64,000 nucleotides of DNA from Elusimicrobiota bacterium (GTDB taxonomy: Bacteria > Elusimicrobiota > Elusimicrobia > Elusimicrobiales > UBA9959), in assembly GCA_036574205.1 (NCBI GenBank), contig JAINCQ010000018.1, forward strand, positions 102,710-166,709, written 5' to 3'. The first letter of the stretch is position 1; each line of letters begins with the position of its first letter. The translations under genes were made by a program, and so were the position numbers. The notes beneath the pieces were generated by a model. It saw only the letters and a list, made by a program, of their open reading frames with translations. It made no database searches and was not told the DNA's origin. Shown here piece after piece: positions 18,482-28,614 of this stretch.

Positions 18482-19120
18482 TCAAAATTTCGCTGATATG
18501 GCCACAAATCCCCCTTCTCCATAACCTTTTGAGATTCTATCTATTTGTTTAAGATTTTTAAGTTTTACTGGATCTAAAAAAAGAGTCTGATATGTTTTGA
18601 TTTTTGTAAATCCTAGTTTTCTAATTTTTTCTATTATAACCTTTGCAGAATAAAATTTTGCATTAGCATAAAATTTATTTTTTTTCTTTTTTCTTAAATA
18701 ATATTTTCCTAACTTAGTATTTCTGTCTATAATACCAATTAAAAGTATCCCATTATTCTTAAGTATTCTTTTGGCTTCAGATAAAACCTGATTCGAATTT
18801 TGAACAAAACACAAAGTAAAACATATTAAAACCATATCAAAATTTTTATCAGGAAAAGGAATGTTCTCTCCAAAAGCCTTTATAACTTTTATTCCCCTTT
18901 CTGCTGCTATTTTGCCCATCTTATTAGATGGTTCTATGCCATTTCTTATACCAAGAGCTTTTGCAAATCTTCCGCTGCCAACACCTATTTCAACTGCGTT
19001 TTTATATTTAAAATTTCCAATTGCTTTTTTTAAAGCATTTAACTCAGAAAGATATAAAAATTTGTTTTCATCATACCATCTATCGTATTCTTTATAATAT
19101 TTATCAAACGGGTTTTGCAT
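18482..19120 (-). CDS. Class I SAM-dependent methyltransferase
   Basis: EIGVGSGRF motif I; GIEPS; TLCFV. Confidence 0.9.
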   Translation of the reverse strand: MQNPFDKYYKEYDRWYDENKFLYLSELNALKKAIGNFKYKNAVEIGVGSGRFAKALGIRNGIEPSNKMGKIAAERGIKVIKAFGENIPFPDKNFDMVLICFTLCFVQNSNQVLSEAKRILKNNGILLIGIIDRNTKLGKYYLRKKKKNKFYANAKFYSAKVIIEKIRKLGFTKIKTYQTLFLDPVKLKNLKQIDRISKGYGEGGFVAISAKF

Positions 19121-19763
19121 TTTTAATTATATTATTTAATTTTTTTATTTTAGCCTTTATGTCTTTAGCCTGAGTTATTTCCGTTACAAGGCAAAAACAC
19201 CTGGCCCCTTCTTTTACTACTTTTTCAAGGTTGTGTTCTTTTATCCCACCTATGGCAACAAATGGAATTTTTTTATTTTTTACTACCCATTCAAGATAGC
19301 CAATCCCTACTGGATCCATAACATTGTCTTTTGTATGAGTTTCAAAAAGTGGGCCAACACCTGCGTAATCTGCGCCATCTTTGAAGGCTTTTTCATATTG
19401 TTCTGGATAATGAGTTGAAACACCTATTATAAAATCTTTTCCAACAAGTTTTCTGACTTCTTTTACTGGATAATCATCCTGTCCTAAATGAATTCCATCT
19501 GCTTCTACAATTAATGCCAGGTCCGGATGGTCATTTACAATAAGTAAGGCTTGATATTTTTTAGTGAGTTTTCTTATTTCTTTACATTCTTCATATTTTT
19601 TTAGAAAATCCATATATTTTTCTCTATATTGAATTATCTTAATTCCAGAATCAAGCATATTTTTAACAACTTCTATATTGCTCCTACCATTAGAATGTTT
19701 CATGTCTGTAATACAGTATATTTGATAATTTTCAAATAGTTTCATTTTTTGATTTTTAGTCAT
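19104..19763 (-). CDS. thiE: Thiamine-phosphate synthase
   Basis: IQYREK, IVND, GIHLGQDD, GVSTH, AIGGI. Confidence 0.95.
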   Translation of the reverse strand: MTKNQKMKLFENYQIYCITDMKHSNGRSNIEVVKNMLDSGIKIIQYREKYMDFLKKYEECKEIRKLTKKYQALLIVNDHPDLALIVEADGIHLGQDDYPVKEVRKLVGKDFIIGVSTHYPEQYEKAFKDGADYAGVGPLFETHTKDNVMDPVGIGYLEWVVKNKKIPFVAIGGIKEHNLEKVVKEGARCFCLVTEITQAKDIKAKIKKLNNIIKNAKPV

Positions 19764-20455
19764 CTGTCCTCCGGTATTTGATTTTGTAGAACCCTTCTTA
19801 AAACCTCATCTGCCTGCATGCTTGCAACTGCGATAACTTTCGGTGCAAGAGGTATATGACATTCCCCTTCTTTTATAAGCTTGTCTCTTGAATTACATCC
19901 TTTTTCTTGATAACATTCATCACAGCATCCACACCTTGAAATAAGATCCCCTATTATGGTATATTCCTTTTTCCTGATTATTTTTACATTTTCTATATCA
20001 CCATAACCTGCCACTCCACTTGCCATAATCACCACTTTTTTAAGTTTTAATGAGGTTTCGAAAACCATCTTTTTAGCCCATTCTTTATCAACAGCCTCAA
20101 CTACTATATCAGGATTATAATCCTTAATTATTTTTGAAAGTAATTTTTGATTTAACATCTTGTTTATAGCAATTATATTCGCTTCAGGATTTATTTTTAA
20201 TAACCTTTTCTTGGTGATCTCAACCTTATTTTTTCCAACATCTTCTGGGAAGTAAAATTGTCTATTTAAATTCTTAAGTTCTACCATGTCATAATCAACA
20301 ATAACGAAATTTTTAAAACCAGTTCTTACTAAAATATTCAAAATATTTGATCCAAGTCCTCCACATCCTATAACCATAATTTTAGCTTTTGATATTTTTT
20401 TTAGTTCTCTTGAACTAAAATAAATTCTAAAAATTTCATTTATGTCTTTTTTCAT
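19760..20455 (-). CDS. thiF: ThiS adenylyltransferase (ThiF family)
   Basis: GCGGLGSN, DYD.VE..NLNRQ, EAVD; thi context. Confidence 0.9.
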   Translation of the reverse strand: MKKDINEIFRIYFSSRELKKISKAKIMVIGCGGLGSNILNILVRTGFKNFVIVDYDMVELKNLNRQFYFPEDVGKNKVEITKKRLLKINPEANIIAINKMLNQKLLSKIIKDYNPDIVVEAVDKEWAKKMVFETSLKLKKVVIMASGVAGYGDIENVKIIRKKEYTIIGDLISRCGCCDECYQEKGCNSRDKLIKEGECHIPLAPKVIAVASMQADEVLRRVLQNQIPEDR

Positions 20456-20510
20456 ATATTACCTTATCTGAGTTTTATTTTTTTAAAGAACAAAATATCT
20501 ATATTTTCAA

Positions 20511-21578
20511 CTAATTTATTCTGGTCCAGTTAATAAACTCCGCTCTATATCCTTTGCTTTTTAACATATCAATAATTTCTTTTACAGTTCTTTTATCAGA
20601 TATCTGAAACTGACCTTCATTTTCCTTGTTATTAAAATTGCCACCAACGTATGTTTTTGATTCCGCACTTATTCTTGTCACCCCTATTTCAATAATATTA
20701 TCTCTTATATATTTATTTTCTCTGGTTGAAATATTTATTCCTATTCTTGGTAGAAATATTCTTGAAAGGACTATTAGTTTAATGAAATTTTTATCAGTTA
20801 ATGGATAAATCTTACATTTACAAAAACTTTCTTTTATTCTTGGGAGTGAAATGTTTATTTCACAATCTGGATATTGAGATTGTAAGTAATCAGCATATCC
20901 TAAAGTTATAAAGGCATCAAATATCCAGTCTTTATTGAGTCCAAATAATGCTCCTATATTAACCTCTTTTACATTCGCTCTAATTGCCCTTTCGATAGCG
21001 CCAAGTCTAAAATAAAAGTCTTTTTTAGGTCCAAATTTATGTAATTTCGAATAGAGTCTTTTATCAAAAGTCTCCTGATATAACGTAACTCCTGTAACTC
21101 CATTTTTAACAAGTTTTTTATATTCAAATTCTTCTAATGGATAAATCTCTATCAGGATCTCAGAAAAATACTTCTTTCCAAGTTTTACAGCTTCTATAAT
21201 ATAGCTTAATGGTGAATTATGTTTATCATCTCCTGTTAGTATTAAAATAGTATCAAAATTCTTTTCTTTTAAAGAGATAAACTCTTGTTCAATCTCACTC
21301 AAACTTAGCTTTTTCCTTTTTATTTTATTTAAAGCGGAAAATCCACAATAAAGACAACCGTTTACACAGTAATCTGAGATATAAACAGGAGTATATAGCA
21401 GAACTGCTTTTCCAAAATAACTTTCTGTTATCTTTTTAGCTTTTAATGCATATTTTTTTAAATCTAATTTTTCATCTTCAACTAATCTTAAAAAATCTAA
21501 AAGCCATAGATCTTTTTTAGTTTTAACTTTTCTTGTTTTGTAAATTTCCTCAAGCTCTTTTAATCTTTCATCAAACAT
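20511..21578 (-). CDS. thiH: 2-iminoacetate synthase (radical SAM)
   Basis: YTPVYISDYCVNGCLYCGF, YQETF, ISLPR, ISTRE, QFQISD.R. Confidence 0.92.
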   Translation of the reverse strand: MFDERLKELEEIYKTRKVKTKKDLWLLDFLRLVEDEKLDLKKYALKAKKITESYFGKAVLLYTPVYISDYCVNGCLYCGFSALNKIKRKKLSLSEIEQEFISLKEKNFDTILILTGDDKHNSPLSYIIEAVKLGKKYFSEILIEIYPLEEFEYKKLVKNGVTGVTLYQETFDKRLYSKLHKFGPKKDFYFRLGAIERAIRANVKEVNIGALFGLNKDWIFDAFITLGYADYLQSQYPDCEINISLPRIKESFCKCKIYPLTDKNFIKLIVLSRIFLPRIGINISTRENKYIRDNIIEIGVTRISAESKTYVGGNFNNKENEGQFQISDKRTVKEIIDMLKSKGYRAEFINWTRIN

Positions 21579-21580
21579 AA

Positions 21581-22345
21581 TCAGCTTAAACTTTCAATAA
21601 AATTATCAAGAGGTGAAGAAGCTTTTGCATAATCTTCTTCTTTTAAAATTCCCATTTCATAGGCCAATCTTCCTGCTTCGACTGCTTTTTCAATTGCTAT
21701 GGCCATTTTAACAGGGTCTTTTGCTATTGCTATAGCTGTATTTACTAAAACTGCTTCCGCTCCCATTTCCATTGCCATTGCGGCGTGAGATGGCCTTCCG
21801 ATCCCAGCATCAATTATGACTGGAATTTTTAATTCTTTTATCATTGGGGTTATTAATTCTTTTGCTACTATTCCCTTGTTTGTTCCTATGAAAGACCCCA
21901 GAGGCATAACAGAAACTGCCCCCGCATTTTCAAGTTTTTTAGCAACTACAATATCCGGGCTTATATACGGAAATACCTTAAATCCTTTTTTAGCGAGATA
22001 TTTAGTTGCTTTTAGAGTTTCATTATTATCCGGCGCAAGATATTTTGAATCAACCTCTATCTCCACCTTTATCCAATCTGTTCTGGTTATTTCAGCACCA
22101 ATCTCAGCTATTTTTATAGCCTCTCTGGCATTTCTGGCTCCAGAAGTGTTTACCATTATTACTGTATCTTTTGGAATGTAATCCAGAATGTTTTCATGTT
22201 TTAATTCTGGATTTATTCTTCTAACAGCCACAGTGATAACATTTATTTTAGTTTTCTTTAAAATCTTTGGTATTAGAGAGTAAGAGGAAAGTTTTCCAGT
22301 TCCTATGAAAAGTCTGGAAGTAAGATTTTTGCCAGCTATTTTCAC
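21581..22345 (-). CDS. thiG: Thiazole synthase (likely GTG start at 22345)
   Basis: SRLFIGTGK, NTSGA, WIKVE, MPLGS.IG, DAGIG.PS; GGAGG SD before the GTG. Confidence 0.95.
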   Translation of the reverse strand: MKIAGKNLTSRLFIGTGKLSSYSLIPKILKKTKINVITVAVRRINPELKHENILDYIPKDTVIMVNTSGARNAREAIKIAEIGAEITRTDWIKVEIEVDSKYLAPDNNETLKATKYLAKKGFKVFPYISPDIVVAKKLENAGAVSVMPLGSFIGTNKGIVAKELITPMIKELKIPVIIDAGIGRPSHAAMAMEMGAEAVLVNTAIAIAKDPVKMAIAIEKAVEAGRLAYEMGILKEEDYAKASSPLDNFIESLS

Positions 22346-22346
22346 A

Positions 22347-22529
22347 TTATCCTCCACCAACAAAGCTAACTATCTCAACCTTATCACCATCTTTTAATTT
22401 AAAGTTTTTCCAATCTTTTTGGGTTACTATATTGCCATTTACCAGAACACATATCCCTTTCTGTTTTTTAGATAAAATTTTTATTAGACTTTTTGGATTT
22501 TCAATCTTTTTTCCATTAATGGTTATCAT
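22347..22529 (-). CDS. thiS: Sulfur carrier protein ThiS
   Basis: 60 aa; ITING..VNG..LKDGDKVEIVSFVGGG C-terminus. Confidence 0.93.
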   Translation of the reverse strand: MITINGKKIENPKSLIKILSKKQKGICVLVNGNIVTQKDWKNFKLKDGDKVEIVSFVGGG

Positions 22530-22631
22530 AATAATATTATACTAATATAACCTGCCTTAAGATTAGCGTTAGCAAATGTATTTGTTGTCTGATATTAATT
22601 TTGTTATAACAAACTTTTATATAATTTTATT

Positions 22632-23900
22632 ATGAAAGTTCAAATATATGATGTAGCAATAATTGGTGGTGGCGCAAGCGGAGTGGTTTCCGCTTGTATT
22701 GTCTCAAATAAACTAAAAACTATTATTTTAGAAAAAAACTTAAAGCTTGGCAGAAAAATTCTATCAAGTGGGGCTGGAAAATGCAACCTTTCAAACAGTA
22801 ATATATCCATTGATTTTTATAAAACCTCAGAACCAGAAATATTAAAAAAGATATTTCAAAAAATACCTTATCAAACTATAATTGATTTTCTCAATTCAGA
22901 AATTGGAATAATGACTAAAATATTAGATAATGGAAAGATATACCCTTTTTCAGAAAGAGCGGAAAGCGTTATTTTTGCTTTTGAATCTTATTTAAAGCAA
23001 AAAAATGTTGATATTAAAACATTGACTTATGTTGAAGATGTAGAATATCAAGATGAAGTTTTTAAAATAACTGCAAAAACATTGCCATTACAATGGGAAA
23101 AGAAAAATTTATCATCTCAAAAACTTACTTTCTTTGCTAAAAATCTTATTCTTTCTACAGGGGGACCATCTTATCCAAGAATTGGAGGAACTGATTTTGG
23201 ATTTAAAATAGCCAAAAAGTTTGGACATAGTATTAAAGAACCATTACCAATATTAGTGCCTCTTTCAGTTGGCTCGCCAAGACTTTTAGAATTAAGTGGT
23301 GTTAGAATTACAGCAGGTTGCATTTTTAATTTTAAAGCAAAAAAAATTTTTTTAAAGGATGAGCTTCTTTTTACAGACTATGGTATATCAGGTCCTATTG
23401 CTATTGATATCTCTTTTTACATGGATGATTATATAGATCAGATTTCATTTGATCTTGCTCCATCCATTGATAAAGAAGAGATTTTTAATTTTATGAGGAA
23501 TAGAATTGAAAAGAATAGTTTTTCAATAGCAGAGTTATTTTTTCCTGTTTTTGAGCCAAAACTTATAAATTTTATATGTCAAAAACTAAAACTGGACAAA
23601 AACCTGAAGGCCAATGAAAAAATAATTAAAAAGATTATAGATGAAATAAAAAACTTTAAAGTTTATGGAATAAAAAAACTTTCATTTGAATCGGCGATGT
23701 CTAAAATTGGCGGGGTGCCATTAAGCGAGGTGGATTTGAATTTTGAATCAAAAAAGCAAAAAAAACTATTTTTAACAGGTGAGATTCTTGACTGTGGTGG
23801 GAAATCTGGTGGATATAACTTCCATTTTGCTTTTACCACCGCTTATTCTGCTGCAATGAAGATATTAGAAAACAGCCATCCATTGGGTATCAAAGATTAA
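22632..23900 (+). CDS. HI0933/BaiN-family flavoprotein
   Basis: IIGGGASG, GRKILSSGAGKCN, TGG.SYP, LLFTDYGISGP, GEILD..G.SGGYN. Confidence 0.9.
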   Translation: MKVQIYDVAIIGGGASGVVSACIVSNKLKTIILEKNLKLGRKILSSGAGKCNLSNSNISIDFYKTSEPEILKKIFQKIPYQTIIDFLNSEIGIMTKILDNGKIYPFSERAESVIFAFESYLKQKNVDIKTLTYVEDVEYQDEVFKITAKTLPLQWEKKNLSSQKLTFFAKNLILSTGGPSYPRIGGTDFGFKIAKKFGHSIKEPLPILVPLSVGSPRLLELSGVRITAGCIFNFKAKKIFLKDELLFTDYGISGPIAIDISFYMDDYIDQISFDLAPSIDKEEIFNFMRNRIEKNSFSIAELFFPVFEPKLINFICQKLKLDKNLKANEKIIKKIIDEIKNFKVYGIKKLSFESAMSKIGGVPLSEVDLNFESKKQKKLFLTGEILDCGGKSGGYNFHFAFTTAYSAAMKILENSHPLGIKD

Positions 23901-23903
23901 AAC

Positions 23904-25022
23904 TTATTTTTGATTTATTTTCTGAACTTCTGTTTTTATTGAAGATATTATTGCTTCGGCTGATTTAACAGGATTTGGAAGATTAATATGAGAATATCCT
24001 TTTTTCATTACGGAAAGTCTGTTTCCTGAAATTATAAAGTCTATATTTTTCATTAAATTTTCTGGGAGTTTGTTATCATCTTTTAATATAAGAGCGGCAT
24101 CTTTTTCAAATAGAATTCTTGCATTTTCCATTTGATGATTTTTAGCAGCGGATAAAAGCGGAATTAATATAGCAGGTTTTTGTTTGTATATAAGCTCAGA
24201 TATTGTCGATGCGCCTGATCTTGATATTATAAGATCGCTTATTTCATATATTTCATTCATATTTTCATAGTAGTCAAGAAGTATTATATTTTCGTCTAAA
24301 ATCCCTGCTTTTTCATATCTTTTTTTTACATCCTCATAATTATTCTTTCCGGTTATATGGATCAGGGCTATGTTTTTTTTAGATTCAGTTTTATTTCTAA
24401 GAGCAAAGTAATATATGGCATTATTTATATTATATGATCCCTGACTCCCTCCAAAGCATGTTATTACAATTTGATCTTTTATTTTAAATTTTTCTTTTAT
24501 ACTATTAACATCTATTTGCTGATTGAAAAAATCTCTTAAAGGCGTTCCAATCAATTCTGTTTTTTTAGCAAATATGTTGTTTCTTATTGGAAGTCCTAAA
24601 AATATTTTTTTCGAGAAAAATCCGCATAAAAAATTACCTATTCCAAAAACTGAGTTTGATTCGTGAATAAAAATCGGAATTTTTTTAAGCCAGGCTAAAA
24701 AAATTATAGGAAACGCCACATAACTTCCTGTGCCAAATACTATATCAGGTTCAAAATCTTCAATTATTCTTTTTGAAAGAAGTAAAGACTTTATTAGTTT
24801 TAACATAAATCTTATATAAGAAAAAGGGTTCAAAGATCTTGGAAATGCTGTTATGTCCATTTCAACAAATGGAATATCATCTATTTTAAGCCTTGGGATA
24901 GAGATATCATTTTTTTTAACTATAAAAACGACTTCATCTCCCTGTGAGTCTAATTTTTTAGCTATAACATATCCCGGATAAAAATGGCCTCCTGTGCCTC
25001 CACCTGCAATTACTATTTTCAT
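23904..25022 (-). CDS. murG: Undecaprenyl-PP-MurNAc-pentapeptide GlcNAc transferase
   Basis: AGGGTGGH, HESN, FGGSQGS, RSGAST, HQMENA. Confidence 0.96.
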   Translation of the reverse strand: MKIVIAGGGTGGHFYPGYVIAKKLDSQGDEVVFIVKKNDISIPRLKIDDIPFVEMDITAFPRSLNPFSYIRFMLKLIKSLLLSKRIIEDFEPDIVFGTGSYVAFPIIFLAWLKKIPIFIHESNSVFGIGNFLCGFFSKKIFLGLPIRNNIFAKKTELIGTPLRDFFNQQIDVNSIKEKFKIKDQIVITCFGGSQGSYNINNAIYYFALRNKTESKKNIALIHITGKNNYEDVKKRYEKAGILDENIILLDYYENMNEIYEISDLIISRSGASTISELIYKQKPAILIPLLSAAKNHQMENARILFEKDAALILKDDNKLPENLMKNIDFIISGNRLSVMKKGYSHINLPNPVKSAEAIISSIKTEVQKINQK

Positions 25023-26164
25023 ATTCGTTTCCTTCTTAATGAAGCGTTAAGTATAAATCCCATTAAAATCATGGTTACGATTATTGAGGAACCACCATAT
25101 GAAAAAAATGGCAATGGTAATCCTTTTGTTGGTATCATCCCAACAGTCATTGCCATATTAAAAAATGCTTGAATTATTATTATAATTATAGAAGATATAG
25201 TAAGTATAGAAAGAAATGAACTTTTTGAGTTTTTAGCAATATTAACAGCTCTTAAAAAAATATAAACGAATACAAATATTATTAAAGTCGTTCCAATAAA
25301 ACCTATTTCCTCGGCTATTATAGGGAAGATAAAATCAGTATGTGATTCTGGAAGATAGTTAAGTTTCATTATAGAATTACCCGGTCCTTTCCCAAACCAC
25401 CAGCCACTTCCAATAGCAACAAGTGATTGAGCAAGTTGAAATCCTGTTTCCTTTAGTTCACTAAAAGAAGATAAAAAAGCCGTTACTCTTTTTGCTCTAT
25501 ATGAATGTCTGTTTATTTCTAATACTATTAATATACTACCTATGATAAGTGGAGTGATTATATGGATAGTTTTTGCTCCGTATATAAAAAAGATAATTAA
25601 CATAGATATAAAAATTAAAGCGGGAGTTCCAAGATCAGGTTCAAGAGCTATTAACACAAGTATTATTGAAATCACTAAAAAAGGTTTTAAAAGATATTTG
25701 AATCTTCTTATTTTTGAATAATTCCTGTCTATATAGTCACTTATGTATAAGACAAACATAACTTTTGCAAACTCAGAAGGCTGGAAATTAAAAAAAACAA
25801 GATTAATCCACCTTCTTGTATTTTGTATCTTTGGCATAAAGAGTACTATAATCAAAGATGCTATGGTAAGAATGGCTATTACTGGAATATGTTTTCTTAT
25901 TTTTTCAAGATCTATAAATACTACAAATAACATTATTGTAATAGCAATCAAACTCCATAAAAGTTGTTTTTTAAAAAACATAGCAGTTGTTGGAGGTAGA
26001 TTATTTTTTAATGACTTTGCATATGATATGGCAGAACTTGCTGAATAAAGAAATGATAATCCCACTATGGTAAGAATTATTATTGCAGTTAAAAGTTTAT
26101 AATCTATAAATCTTACATCTATCCTCTTAGGAAACAGGGATCCCCAAAAACTTTGTCGTTTCAT
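25019..26164 (-). CDS. ftsW: SEDS peptidoglycan glycosyltransferase FtsW
   Basis: RRWI, FQPSEFAK, EPDLG, LPESHTDFIF, GLPLPFFSYGGSS. Confidence 0.95.
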   Translation of the reverse strand: MKRQSFWGSLFPKRIDVRFIDYKLLTAIIILTIVGLSFLYSASSAISYAKSLKNNLPPTTAMFFKKQLLWSLIAITIMLFVVFIDLEKIRKHIPVIAILTIASLIIVLFMPKIQNTRRWINLVFFNFQPSEFAKVMFVLYISDYIDRNYSKIRRFKYLLKPFLVISIILVLIALEPDLGTPALIFISMLIIFFIYGAKTIHIITPLIIGSILIVLEINRHSYRAKRVTAFLSSFSELKETGFQLAQSLVAIGSGWWFGKGPGNSIMKLNYLPESHTDFIFPIIAEEIGFIGTTLIIFVFVYIFLRAVNIAKNSKSSFLSILTISSIIIIIIQAFFNMAMTVGMIPTKGLPLPFFSYGGSSIIVTMILMGFILNASLRRKRI

Positions 26165-27489
26165 TTGAGCCTTCTAACAAGCGCTTTAAATTTTTTTCCT
26201 CTATCCTCAAAATTTTTAAATTGATCAAATGAGGCGCATGCAGGAGAAAGCAATACAATATCTCCCTTTTGCGCTGATCTTGTAGCCTTAACAGCATTTT
26301 TAATATTACAGGTATTTATTATTTCACAATATTTTCCAAGCTCTTTTTCTATAATTGGAGCAGCTTCACCTATTGTTAAAATTTTTTTTACATACTTTTT
26401 GATATATGGAATCAATGGAGAGTATGGGGAATTTTTATGAACCCCGCCCATAATAAGCCATATATTTTTCGCTTTACCAATTGCTTTTAAAGCTATAAGG
26501 GTGGAATCAACATTGGTTCCTTTTGAGTCATTTATATATTTTACCCCACGAAATTCTCTAACAAATTCTATTCTGTGTTCAAGCCCTTTGAAGCTATCTA
26601 AAGTTTTTTGAATGCTTTTAGCTGGAATATTAAAAGTAGATGCTATCAAAATAGCTGCCATTTGATTTAATAAATTGTGTTCTCCCGGTATGTTTGATGG
26701 CGTAAAGCTTTTTTTATCTTTTTTTAAAAAAATCTTTTGTTTTTTAATATAAATATCGCTTAGTTGGTTTCTAATAGAAAATTTAAGTATTTTTGGCTTT
26801 ATTTTTTTGATAGTTTTTAATATTTTATCATCGCCATTTATTATCAAAAAGCTATTTTTGTCCATATTAGAAAATATTTTAAATTTTGCTTTTATATACT
26901 TTTTAAAACTGCCGTGATGATCTATATGGTCTGGTGTTATATTGAGTATTGCTGCAACCTTTGGTTTTAAATATGTAGAATCTTCAATCTGATAACTTGA
27001 TATTTCTATAATTAGCCAATCATCTTTTTTTGCTTTTAAAATCTCTTTTGATACCGGATCTCCTATATTACCGCATAAAATAGCTTTTTTGCCAGATTTT
27101 CTTAAATAATCGTCAAAGATTTTATATGTTAGATAGGTAGTTGTGCTTTTTCCGTTTGTTCCAGTTATCATAACTATATTTTCAGTTTTTGAAAAAGCAA
27201 TTGCTACTTCTACCTCGCTAAATATTTTTATTTTTCTTGCTTTTAGTGCTTTTATCAAGGGATTGTTGTTTGAAACCCCGGGGCTTTTTATAGCAAAGTC
27301 TATTTCGTCTATTTTATTAATCGCATTACTTTCTGTTACGCAGTTAAATTTAGATTTAATCTTTTGCCTATCTGATATAATTATTTCTGCTTTTAATTTT
27401 TGACTTAAAAGTTTAGCACAGGATATTCCACTTTTTCCACCTCCAATAATCAAGCATTTTTTATTTTTATATAAAGATGGATTGAACAT
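26161..27489 (-). CDS. murD: UDP-MurNAc-L-Ala--D-Glu ligase
   Basis: TGTNGKSTT, EISSYQ, NDSKGTN, LLSPACASFDQF. Confidence 0.96.
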   Translation of the reverse strand: MFNPSLYKNKKCLIIGGGKSGISCAKLLSQKLKAEIIISDRQKIKSKFNCVTESNAINKIDEIDFAIKSPGVSNNNPLIKALKARKIKIFSEVEVAIAFSKTENIVMITGTNGKSTTTYLTYKIFDDYLRKSGKKAILCGNIGDPVSKEILKAKKDDWLIIEISSYQIEDSTYLKPKVAAILNITPDHIDHHGSFKKYIKAKFKIFSNMDKNSFLIINGDDKILKTIKKIKPKILKFSIRNQLSDIYIKKQKIFLKKDKKSFTPSNIPGEHNLLNQMAAILIASTFNIPAKSIQKTLDSFKGLEHRIEFVREFRGVKYINDSKGTNVDSTLIALKAIGKAKNIWLIMGGVHKNSPYSPLIPYIKKYVKKILTIGEAAPIIEKELGKYCEIINTCNIKNAVKATRSAQKGDIVLLSPACASFDQFKNFEDRGKKFKALVRRLK

Positions 27490-27490
27490 A

Positions 27491-28576
27491 TTATCTTATT
27501 TTAAGTGATGATAGTGCAATAAGCATGAGCGCTATAGCGCATATCCAGAATCTTACTGTAACCTTTGGCTCAGCTATACCTGAAAGTTCAAAATGATGAT
27601 GAATTGGAGCCATTTTAAAAACCCTTTTTTTATTTCTAAATTTGTATGATGCCATCTGGATTATTACAGATAATGTTTCTATTACAAACATTCCGCCTGC
27701 CACTGGCAGTATCAGCTCATGTTTTATCATTATTGCAGAAATTCCAATAGTTCCGCCTAAAAATAAAGAGCTTGTATCCCCCATAAATATCTGAGCAGGA
27801 TAAGCGTTAAACCACAAAAAGCCTAAACATGCTCCAACCATTGATCCAAGAAATATAGAAATTTCACCAGCCCCTTCAACATATATCAACTTAAGATATG
27901 TTGCCCATTTTATATTTCCAGCGCAATAAGCCATTATTATGAATGTAAGCGCCGAAAATATTACAAGTCCGCTTGCAAGTCCATCCTGCCCATCGCTTAA
28001 GTTTACCGCATTTGATGACCCTATAATTACAAACATTTCAAATACAAAATAAAATACTCCTAAGTTTATAATTATATTTTTAGTGTAAGGAATTAATAGA
28101 TGTGTTGGATATAGATTTGATGGTGGATTTAGCGCAAGATATCCAACAACCATTATACCAACAATTATCTGAAGCAGAAATTTAACCCAGCTTGGAGCGC
28201 CTTTAGGATCCTTTTTTATAAGTTTTATATAATCATCAAGCCATCCCGCAAAGGCAAGTATTAGTGTTGATATAAGAAGTATTATTATAAACCTGTTATC
28301 TAACCTGGACCATAAGGCAGTTGAAATAATCATTGATATAAATATTATTATTCCTCCCATTGTTGGTGTGCCGGATTTATATAAATGTGTTTGTGGCCCA
28401 TCCTGCCTTTGGATTTGCTGGATTTTATACTCCCGGAGTTTTTTTATAATGTAAGGAGATATGATAAGCGCTGTAAGAAATGATGTAATTATAGCGCCGC
28501 TTAATCTTACCGAGATATAATAAAATAGATTAAATGGCGAAAAAAGATCTTTATAAAAATGTAGATAATATAACAT
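27491..28576 (-). CDS. mraY: Phospho-MurNAc-pentapeptide transferase
   Basis: GTPTMGG, DDYIK, FMGD, APIHHHFE. Confidence 0.97.
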   Translation of the reverse strand: MLYYLHFYKDLFSPFNLFYYISVRLSGAIITSFLTALIISPYIIKKLREYKIQQIQRQDGPQTHLYKSGTPTMGGIIIFISMIISTALWSRLDNRFIIILLISTLILAFAGWLDDYIKLIKKDPKGAPSWVKFLLQIIVGIMVVGYLALNPPSNLYPTHLLIPYTKNIIINLGVFYFVFEMFVIIGSSNAVNLSDGQDGLASGLVIFSALTFIIMAYCAGNIKWATYLKLIYVEGAGEISIFLGSMVGACLGFLWFNAYPAQIFMGDTSSLFLGGTIGISAIMIKHELILPVAGGMFVIETLSVIIQMASYKFRNKKRVFKMAPIHHHFELSGIAEPKVTVRFWICAIALMLIALSSLKIR

Positions 28577-28614
28577 AAATGGCCTCTTTCCTTACTTAGT
28601 TTTTTTTAGCCACA

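Noticed and set aside
28591..28614. Mini-ORF MWLKKTK* between murF and mraY
   Set aside because: Seven codons, readily expected by chance; mraY has its own SD-like AAGGAAAGAGG
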